Below the pieces are notes generated by a model, which worked only from the letters and a program-made list of their open reading frames with translations, was not told where the DNA came from and did not search any database. DNA of 64,000 nucleotides from Syntrophorhabdaceae bacterium (GTDB lineage: Bacteria > Desulfobacterota > Syntrophorhabdia > Syntrophorhabdales > Syntrophorhabdaceae): positions 448,001 to 512,000 of the forward strand of contig OY762209.1 of the NCBI GenBank assembly GCA_963665295.1. Direction: 5' to 3'. Made by a program: the position numbers and the translations under genes. Positions 56,615 to 64,000 of the stretch are shown here, in pieces. The stretch's first letter is position 1. Every line of letters starts with the position of its first letter.

Positions 56615-57088
56615 CTACTTGCGGCGGCGAAGAAACACCCACCGGTAGTCACCAGTCCAGAAATCGCCCGGGTGACCAAGGCTGCCGTCGAGCCACAGAA
56701 CGCCGTCATCGTGCCCGACGCAGAACCGTCGCAGGCGGCCGCCGGAGCCCGAAATGGGGTTCATAGTAATGAAGTTCCGTTCATCCTTTGGCTGGTCCGG
56801 GTACTGGAGACGAAGTTGCGGCCCGACTTCAGCGGGACAAACATCGAATCCCAGCCCCTTAATACGCTTCTCGATGTCGCAGTAACGGGCTCCATCTTTG
56901 AAGCCGAGTTCGGCGATGGTAGCCGTCACCAGCTCGATTTCTCTTTCTTCGGGGCTCAGACTGACTTTGCTGAGAATGTCGTCCGCCCAGTTGCCGATTT
57001 TGAATCCGCCTTTGCTCAAAGCTTCGCGGAGTTCCGGAATCGACTTGTAGGTGCCGAGCCTAATAGGCTTCCAAGTGTTGAATATCAT
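56615..57088 (-). CDS. DGR-type variable target protein 2 (paralogue of 55334-55840)
   Basis: Shared WK.I.LG.YKSIPELREAL, AELGFKDGA.Y, CPAEVGPQLRLQY; ends RWVFLRRRK. Confidence 0.7.
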   Translation of the reverse strand: MIFNTWKPIRLGTYKSIPELREALSKGGFKIGNWADDILSKVSLSPEEREIELVTATIAELGFKDGARYCDIEKRIKGLGFDVCPAEVGPQLRLQYPDQPKDERNFITMNPISGSGGRLRRFCVGHDDGVLWLDGSLGHPGDFWTGDYRWVFLRRRK

Positions 57089-57122
57089 ATTTTTGATTTA
57101 TTTATTACACATCTTCACACAA

Positions 57123-57527
57123 TCACTGCTGTTCGTCTTGTTTTTCAACGATAATCTCAGTGGCATTCTTTGCGGAATCATATTTCACAGTGGCACTTCC
57201 GCCCAGCTTAACGCCTCCGAGACCGACAGCTTTCTTTTCTCCGTCTTCCATTGAATAGACCGGTGTTTCAGCACTGATTTTGAATTGAGTCTTGTCAGTT
57301 CCGATGTAGATGTAGTCTTGATCCATGCTGACGACCAGTCCTCTTGTTTCATTGGTATTTGCTGGTTCTTTATCAGGGGCAGCCTGATCCGCCTGACTGT
57401 TTACTGCTACACTCTGCGTGGTGGAACTCTGGGGAACGGTATTCACCTTTTTAGCTTTTCTCATAATATAGATTCCGCTCAGGGCCAGAATGGCAATGAT
57501 TGCGATGATGACGATTGTTTTTTTCAT
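57123..57527 (-). CDS. Membrane-anchored hypothetical protein (OB-fold-like C-terminus)
   Basis: N-terminal TM, low-complexity linker, beta-rich C-terminus. Confidence 0.7.
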   Translation of the reverse strand: MKKTIVIIAIIAILALSGIYIMRKAKKVNTVPQSSTTQSVAVNSQADQAAPDKEPANTNETRGLVVSMDQDYIYIGTDKTQFKISAETPVYSMEDGEKKAVGLGGVKLGGSATVKYDSAKNATEIIVEKQDEQQ

Positions 57528-57576
57528 ATTTGTTTGTTTTATTAATTTATTATTACTCTTATTTTAAGCTGGATTA

Positions 57577-60500
57577 TTAGGGAGCCACCTCCTTCCAATT
57601 CATGTTCCTATATCTGTCTGCATAACAACGAGCTGTTTCCCCTCCGCATACTCCGCTGCAGGTCCAGGTCCAAGACAATTTCGATGTTTGAGGATTGGAG
57701 CTTCCGCCAAAACTTGAACATAGTTCTGAGTCTGGTTTTGTTTTCCATTCTTTGTGCGTAGCATCACCGCATTGTCCGTCAACTGAAGGCTGGAGACCAT
57801 GGCAATCTTGGGTTTGTGGAGAAGTAGGACAAGCAACGCCTCCGTATTGTGGATAAACAGAAACTGTTATGTCTCTGGTTTGTGTTCCAGTTTGATTAGC
57901 ACAAAGAGCAGTACAAGTGTGCCAGTTTGACCAGGTATATTGGCAGTCGATAGGACACTGTCCTACCCAAGTGCTATGAGGAGGGACGCAATTGTTAAGA
58001 TCATACAGGGAAGCCCACCCTGTCTCGGTGCAAGTCGGAAGTCCTCCCCAATACCAGTTTGGCTGTTTAGTTCCGGTACAAGAACTCACTGAATTTGATT
58101 TATATATTCCGTTTCCATTGATGTTGTAGCAATAGTTTCCGGAATCACTGCAATCGAGAGGACATTGACCAACCCGAACGTTTCTTGGTAATTCACAGCT
58201 ATTCAAATCGACTTGGCTTGCCCATCCTGTCTCGGTGCAAGTCGGAAGCCCTCCCCAATACCAGTTTGGCTGTTTGGTTCCAGTGCAAGAACTCACTGAA
58301 TTTGATTTATATACTCCTCCGCTCGCGCAATATTTTCCCGAGTCGCTGCAGTTAAGGGGGCATTGTCCTACCCAGACGTTTCTATTATTAGGCACGACAC
58401 ACCGATTACTATCAATTTGAGTCATCCAGCCGGTTTCGGAACAGCTTGGAAGAGGAGGTGACCAATTTGATTGTTTGATTCCGGTGCAGCTCACACACGC
58501 ATCTGATTTATATACTCCGCTATTAGCGCAATGACTGCCAGAGTCATTGCAGTTCATTGGAGATTTTGTTCCCCAGGTAAGTTTTCCCTCATTTCTGCAA
58601 TTTCCTGTTTGAGAAAATTGCTGGCAAGTCAGATAATCTGAAGCAGGAGGAGACCAAGACCAACTAGAATTCTCTTTGCAAGTTCCTCCACAACCATCGG
58701 ATTCTCCCCCACAAGTATTAGAAGGACAATATGGGGTGCAAGTTACCGTATATGGTATTTTTATTGGCGTATAGGTAAACTTGGTATTTGGACACAAGTT
58801 TTGCGTTCCAAGTCCATAAAAATTTACATAATATGTACCGGGAGTCGTGGAAACATTTCCAGTTGAAGATCCGAATTCGCTCTTTACATTAGCGCATGCT
58901 TGTTGTGAATTCTTTATCGTACATGTTCCATTGACACATTTAGCACAAGCAACGGCGCCGTTATTGCCGTAATTTGACTTGAGACAATCCGGTCTAACGC
59001 TGGCAGGCCTGCAATCTCCCAAACGGCTAGTGTTTATATTACTATAATTAGGAAAATCCGTTAGAACTCCTGCATGAGTATACCCATTGCAGTAACCAGA
59101 CCCTTGTTCTATCCTTCCGTAAACCGTCAAAGAAGCGCCAGGGCTTAGATTAGTGCTGCTAAGATTCACAGTATATGTAGCATTGTCAGCATAAAGCGTT
59201 TCTGCTTTCGCTTCGCTGAAAAACAAGAGAAAGCTTACAGTAGAAACGACAAATAGGACGGCGATACTACTTCGGTTATTTTTCTTCTTTTTAATGATAA
59301 AAACTATCACAACAATCAGAATTAAAGCTGACAATCCAAAAACAAGAAGCGTCGCTGATTTTCCAGAAGATTCATTTAAGCTGTTTTTTTCGTCTGCTAC
59401 AGGACCTCCCCCACCCATAAAATTAAACTCGACTTCATCCAAAACTTTTCCATCGCTATCTTTAATCTGAGCGAAAATGTGAGGATTTTGACAATCAGAA
59501 GTAATCGGAATAGTTAAGTCTTCTATATTTTTCGCCAGATCTAATTCTTTGCTGAAATCATCAGAGCAAGAATTTCCTTTTGAACTTTTGGTTGAAACAC
59601 TGAAAAAAAGCTCGCCAGTTCGAATGCTTTCCCCTCTAGAGATAAAGGAAGAATTAGGCGGTGAATTCCAATAAAGAAACACCTTGGCATTTTCTCCTTT
59701 TTGATAATAATTTTTGTCTACTCTTAGATTTTTGATAGTAACACTTTTCCCTTTTGTAATATACTGAAACGATAACTCGTTAGAAACCTTCCGAACCGAA
59801 TTACTTTTATCCAAGAATGACAACTTTATTCCATATACTTGAGGAATAGAAATGTTCTTAATAACAAAGCTTTTTTCATTCTCTCCCGGATTCAAGATAA
59901 TGGCGTCTTGCTTTTCGTTTTCTATTATCTTTCCAAAAGTGGAATATAGATAGGTTTCAAAATATGGCACTACAGATATGGAATTCTTGAAGTTATTTTT
60001 AATTCTGCACTCCAGGGACAGTTCTTCTTCTTGGCTGACGCTTATTGCATAGCCCAAGGGATATTTGTTTCCATCACCTTCCACCAGAAAATTGCAGGCA
60101 TCAGGAGCAATTTCGACATATTCTCCATTTCCGGTGAGATGAATCTCTCCTGCCATATTCATTCCAAGAGACAAACCTTTGTCGTTTTCGGAAATTATCC
60201 ATACTTGATAGTTCCCATTCAAATAATCCGGAATTGTGTAGGCTATTTCTTTGTGAATTGTTTCATTTTGTCCCAGATTTACAGTTTCTTCATAGACTTC
60301 TTCATCAACAATGCCGGAACTTTCTTTTTCAACAAGCTGGACGGCATATTTAACATTTGGCTGAATTTCTTCCCTGTTGGACAAGTCAAAAGACAGTTTC
60401 ATCTCATTGCCGTTTTGAGAGACTATTTTTGCATCGTAGATATTGACAGTAGCCACGATAACAGCTTCACTTTTTTCTGCTTGTTTTGAATCAGCATTAT

Positions 60501-60618
60501 CAAATAAAATGGGGTTTTCTTCCTGCGCTTTGGCCTCAAATCCTGAGAGAAACAGGAAAAGTGAGGCAGAGACGAAGAATGTCGTCTTTAAAAAATGCGC
60601 ACGGTTTCGGTTTTTCAT
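57577..60618 (-). CDS. Large secreted/membrane surface protein with Cys-rich repeats and a thrombospondin type-1-like module
   Basis: Signal peptide, two internal hydrophobic segments, three ~67-aa Cys/Trp repeats, WS.W..C...C...GTQTR....P..GG..CP, C-terminal NWKEVAP. Confidence 0.8.
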   Translation of the reverse strand: MKNRNRAHFLKTTFFVSASLFLFLSGFEAKAQEENPILFDNADSKQAEKSEAVIVATVNIYDAKIVSQNGNEMKLSFDLSNREEIQPNVKYAVQLVEKESSGIVDEEVYEETVNLGQNETIHKEIAYTIPDYLNGNYQVWIISENDKGLSLGMNMAGEIHLTGNGEYVEIAPDACNFLVEGDGNKYPLGYAISVSQEEELSLECRIKNNFKNSISVVPYFETYLYSTFGKIIENEKQDAIILNPGENEKSFVIKNISIPQVYGIKLSFLDKSNSVRKVSNELSFQYITKGKSVTIKNLRVDKNYYQKGENAKVFLYWNSPPNSSFISRGESIRTGELFFSVSTKSSKGNSCSDDFSKELDLAKNIEDLTIPITSDCQNPHIFAQIKDSDGKVLDEVEFNFMGGGGPVADEKNSLNESSGKSATLLVFGLSALILIVVIVFIIKKKKNNRSSIAVLFVVSTVSFLLFFSEAKAETLYADNATYTVNLSSTNLSPGASLTVYGRIEQGSGYCNGYTHAGVLTDFPNYSNINTSRLGDCRPASVRPDCLKSNYGNNGAVACAKCVNGTCTIKNSQQACANVKSEFGSSTGNVSTTPGTYYVNFYGLGTQNLCPNTKFTYTPIKIPYTVTCTPYCPSNTCGGESDGCGGTCKENSSWSWSPPASDYLTCQQFSQTGNCRNEGKLTWGTKSPMNCNDSGSHCANSGVYKSDACVSCTGIKQSNWSPPLPSCSETGWMTQIDSNRCVVPNNRNVWVGQCPLNCSDSGKYCASGGVYKSNSVSSCTGTKQPNWYWGGLPTCTETGWASQVDLNSCELPRNVRVGQCPLDCSDSGNYCYNINGNGIYKSNSVSSCTGTKQPNWYWGGLPTCTETGWASLYDLNNCVPPHSTWVGQCPIDCQYTWSNWHTCTALCANQTGTQTRDITVSVYPQYGGVACPTSPQTQDCHGLQPSVDGQCGDATHKEWKTKPDSELCSSFGGSSNPQTSKLSWTWTCSGVCGGETARCYADRYRNMNWKEVAP
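57950..58560 (-). repeat. Three ~200-nt tandem intragenic repeats
   Basis: C.DSG..C...G.YKS....SCTG.KQ.NW...LP.C.ETGW...D.N.C......VGQCP repeated three times. Confidence 0.85.
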
Positions 60619-60681
60619 ATTGTTGTTTTTGATTAACTTGTTAACTTATTTAAAAACTAAAGAAATTTCTTGAAAATGGTT

Positions 60682-63600
60682 CTAATGAATAATCAGCCAG
60701 TTGAATTTGATGTCGTCTTTGTAGGGCTCTCCGTCCAGCCTGACGGTGAAGCTCTTCCCATCGTCTATATCATCCTTATTTACGTATATGCTTTCGCCAC
60801 CCGAAGAACCCGTGAGGGTGACAAATATCTTGGCGTTCTGTGTGGCTTGAGTCGTGTTGATGATCACCTTATCGTCGCCAGCTTTGATCACAGCGCTTCC
60901 AGAGGAAGGGTCAGCGACTTGCCCGGAATCCGTTCTTTGGTCCGAACTGCCCAGCACTATCGATTTTGTCTTGACCACCTCCGCTTCGACGCTTTTTGCC
61001 GTGACTGTCGCTTCGGGAAGGGTGAGGTTTCCGGAAGGGTCGAGGTAAATCAGGGTCTTGGGGTTTAGGGCCAGGAGCAGACTGGTGTTGGCGTCGGTCT
61101 GGGCTTTGATGTCGGCTAATTGAGATTGAAGCTGATTGATCAAAGTCTGCTGGGAATTCATTTGGTTCACCGATTCGCTGATCACCTGATCAACTGATTC
61201 ACTGTTAACATCAGCGACTTTGTTTATTGTTTCGGTGACCTCTAATTTGACGTCGCCGATCTTGACCTCGCTTATGCCCGATAATTTGAAATATACTCTC
61301 ATGTAATTGAGGCTCGTCCAGTCGATCTCGCCGGTCTTTATTCCTTCAGAAATATTAAGTCTTATTTCATTCCAGCCGCTTTGGAGGATCTGATGGTTTG
61401 CGGTGTTCCATTGGACTTCCTTGGTGTCTCTTTGGTTTCCGAGTTCGGTGGCAAAGTCAGTGATACTGGCGGGATCTTCTATGTATAGGTTGTATATCAG
61501 GTGGCCGTCCTGAATGTCATAGCCGGAAACATCCATTCCGGGCGGGTTGATGGTTATTTCATTATATGCATCAGGAGTGGTGCAGTCTCCGCTAAGAGTA
61601 TTATTGGAAGCTTGAAGATTGGTGAGAGTGGAAGTGATGTAATCTGTGGTTTCAAACTCTTGGAAAGTGATTTCTTTGGTCTGAGTGATGGTCTGAGCTT
61701 GGGATGCCGGATTCTGGAGAGACGCGATCTTTTCTTCGAGCGAATTGACCTTGTCTTCAAGTCCGGCAATCTGCATCTGATACGGATCATTTTCAATTCT
61801 TTCTTCCAAAGTGTTAATCTGTCCGGTGAGAATCGAATATTTTTCAGTGATTTCAAAATTGATATCGGAAATTTCTGAATCAGTATTTTTTGACAAAGAA
61901 TTCAAACTTGTAATTTCAGTCTTTTGACTAATCTGCTTTAGGTTTAATTCTTTGATAGCATTTATCATTGTATAGAAAATTGGCCCTTGGGTAAGAGTGA
62001 GATAACCGTTTTGAGATCCGACTGCTTCTGGAATTAGCTTTTGAACATCTTGAGCCATAACTCCGATTACTTCCTGATCATCGGTTATTCCCAATTTTGA
62101 GTTATCCTTATAACGGAAATATACCGGATTTAAAGAAGCTATTTCATCCAAACCTCTTGAAAATGAACCTTCAACATTTTTGAGATTTTTGTCGGAATAA
62201 CTATGCACTCCTCCGTCGTGGGTGTAGATGTCGGTGGCTCGGGCATTGCCGTTGACGTCAAGAAGATAGGTTGGAACAGTTGTTCCAATTCCCACGTAGC
62301 CGTCGCCTGTCCAAGAAAGAGCGGGTGTCATCGCGGAAGCGTTTCCGGGAGACGTCATTGTTCCGAGCCCCCATCCCCCTGTTCCTGTTTTTGTTGTAGC
62401 TCCGATGGCTCCGTATAGAGATCCTGCGGAGGTCATTCCATACGATGCATTTCCTGGAGTATTTGGAGAGTAAACCATTCCACCATCAATTTGGAGTTTA
62501 ACAGCCGGCCCCGTCGTTCCTATCCCGACGTTACCGCTAGGATCAATTCTCATCTGTTCTGCGAGGCCAGCTACTCCGTTAGCTCTTGTGAAAAATGCCA
62601 GATAGGACGCATAGTTTCCCCCCGTAGAATTCCATTTTCCCCCCTTAATGCCGGCATAATTAAGTGCACCGGAAAAAATTATTGAACCACCTGTATCCTT
62701 CGCCTGAGTAGCAGTATCTCTTAATATAAGTTGGGTATTTCCTATGCCACTTAAAACTTGATTTGCTCCATCAACTTCCAAATTGGTTCCTATATCTGTT
62801 GTTCCGATTCCGACGTTGCCGCCGTCTTGGATCACGACGCTTGAGCTTGAAAAAGCGGAATTGCTGTCCATAAATCCCAAATCGCCTGCCGAGTTTATTC
62901 CCAATTGCCAGGATTCTCCTCCACTGTTTTCTTCGAGATTGAGAGCTTTACCGGTGGAATCAGAAAGTATTCCTACTTGTCCGTAATTCCCAGTAACTCC
63001 TCCGACATCCAATTTTCCTTGCGGTAAGGTTGTTCCGATGCCGACGTAGCCGCCGTTTAGGATTGTAACTTCTGGGCTATTATGGCCCAACATGATTGGG
63101 GCTGTTTCTCCATAATTTGAAATTACAAGCGAATAGGCTGGTACCGAAGAGAAAACATAATTACCAGAACTGTTTTCTTTTCCGATATACCCACGATGAT
63201 TCCCGTTGTTCGGAAAAAATATCGATTGAGAGGTTGATGTCGAAGGGGAGGATTGTACGTCACCAACCACTTCGAGTTTGACAGTTGGATTCGTCGTTCC
63301 GATGCCGACATTGCCGTCACCTGTCCAGGAAAGAACGGGTGTCATCGCGGAAGCGTTTCCGGGAGAAGTCATTGTTCCGAGCGCCCATCCTCCTGTTCCT
63401 GTTTTTGTTGTGGCTCCGATGGCTCCGTATAAAGATCCTAGGGAGGTCATTCCATACGATGCATTTCCTGAAGTATTTGGAGAGTAAACCATTCCACCAT
63501 CAATTTGGAGTTTAACAGCCGGCCCCGTCGTTCCTATCCCGAGGTTACCGGCAAAAACTCCGTATCCAGCAGTCAAATCAACATTATATCCCACCGACAG

Positions 63601-64000
63601 TCCACCTGAATCAACATGCAAATTATGTTGTCCCGACCCATCGCCAATTCTGACATCAGTCCCAGCCAGATAATTAAGCTCCAGAGTATCTCCAGCCGTG
63701 CTGTTTATCGTATCGAGAATTGCAGAATTTCCGCCGTTAGTTCCAACACCGACTCCATATGATGTTCCACCATTAAGAAATATTGCTCCGGAAGCACTCA
63801 TTTGAAGATTCCCTGTCATTGTGTCTCCGGATGTGTTCACATAGACATCACTGCATCCCACTCCATTTCCAGTTATTGATGCGCATGGCACAGTTCCAAC
63901 AGCCAAAGAACCCCCACTGAAATACCACTGCCATCCGGTTCCTTCAATATACATTCCGGTTGCTCCGTCAGCATCAACCATAAGTGTTGACTCGTAGGTT
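60682..64000 (-). CDS. Fibre-like surface protein with GNVGIGTT repeats and a peptidase S74 (intramolecular chaperone) domain; 5' end probably outside the window
   Basis: Multiple G.VGIGTT units; SDKNLK...GL..I..L.PV.F.YK...G..AQDV...PEAV; coiled coils; the frame is open to the window edge. Confidence 0.85.
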   Translation of the reverse strand, partial: TYESTLMVDADGATGMYIEGTGWQWYFSGGSLAVGTVPCASITGNGVGCSDVYVNTSGDTMTGNLQMSASGAIFLNGGTSYGVGVGTNGGNSAILDTINSTAGDTLELNYLAGTDVRIGDGSGQHNLHVDSGGLSVGYNVDLTAGYGVFAGNLGIGTTGPAVKLQIDGGMVYSPNTSGNASYGMTSLGSLYGAIGATTKTGTGGWALGTMTSPGNASAMTPVLSWTGDGNVGIGTTNPTVKLEVVGDVQSSPSTSTSQSIFFPNNGNHRGYIGKENSSGNYVFSSVPAYSLVISNYGETAPIMLGHNSPEVTILNGGYVGIGTTLPQGKLDVGGVTGNYGQVGILSDSTGKALNLEENSGGESWQLGINSAGDLGFMDSNSAFSSSSVVIQDGGNVGIGTTDIGTNLEVDGANQVLSGIGNTQLILRDTATQAKDTGGSIIFSGALNYAGIKGGKWNSTGGNYASYLAFFTRANGVAGLAEQMRIDPSGNVGIGTTGPAVKLQIDGGMVYSPNTPGNASYGMTSAGSLYGAIGATTKTGTGGWGLGTMTSPGNASAMTPALSWTGDGYVGIGTTVPTYLLDVNGNARATDIYTHDGGVHSYSDKNLKNVEGSFSRGLDEIASLNPVYFRYKDNSKLGITDDQEVIGVMAQDVQKLIPEAVGSQNGYLTLTQGPIFYTMINAIKELNLKQISQKTEITSLNSLSKNTDSEISDINFEITEKYSILTGQINTLEERIENDPYQMQIAGLEDKVNSLEEKIASLQNPASQAQTITQTKEITFQEFETTDYITSTLTNLQASNNTLSGDCTTPDAYNEITINPPGMDVSGYDIQDGHLIYNLYIEDPASITDFATELGNQRDTKEVQWNTANHQILQSGWNEIRLNISEGIKTGEIDWTSLNYMRVYFKLSGISEVKIGDVKLEVTETINKVADVNSESVDQVISESVNQMNSQQTLINQLQSQLADIKAQTDANTSLLLALNPKTLIYLDPSGNLTLPEATVTAKSVEAEVVKTKSIVLGSSDQRTDSGQVADPSSGSAVIKAGDDKVIINTTQATQNAKIFVTLTGSSGGESIYVNKDDIDDGKSFTVRLDGEPYKDDIKFNWLIIH
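62299..63550. repeat. 238-bp intragenic direct repeat (62299-62536 and 63313-63550)
   Basis: Near-identical DNA at offset 1014. Confidence 0.9.

Noticed and set aside
1..64000. CRISPR array, integron attC array, rRNA or retron
   Set aside because: No regularly spaced short repeats, attC-like palindromes, rRNA motifs or reverse transcriptase were seen; the repeats found are intragenic or two- to three-copy.

Overview
The window has three blocks. (1) 1-~26513: the late half of a GC-rich Mu-like (transposable, contractile-tailed) prophage. It runs Mor/C activator, lysis genes, terminase, portal, MuF, protease-capsid fusion, sheath/tube/chaperone/tape measure, baseplate and tail fibre, and ends in a putative Mu R-end next to an IS remnant. 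Its MuF protein has a C-terminal HExxH domain, and a small convergent gene with its own strong promoter follows it. (2) ~26681-55231: a defence island bounded on the left by the displaced 3' half of tRNA-Arg(UCG). It carries a primase-like gene, a degenerate RuvC-like gene, an HTH regulator, two convergent paralogous tyrosine recombinases (one preceded by a highly structured ~220-nt putative ncRNA), a PD-(D/E)XK nuclease gene, AbiE, SNF2 + type III R-M, Sir2-HerA plus a GIY-YIG-like gene, a GHKL-ATPase/DUF3883 giant gene bracketed by 142-bp direct repeats, and a short prokaryotic Argonaute coupled to a SMEK-APAZ fusion. (3) 55232-64000: an AT-richer block resembling Patescibacteria (CPR) surface-protein loci, with two paralogous DGR-type target genes and large repeat-rich surface proteins. 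The best candidates for undescribed biology are the SMEK-APAZ/short pAgo pair, the ncRNA-associated twin recombinase module and the repeat-bracketed defence cassette. All family calls come from motif recognition by eye; no database searches were run.
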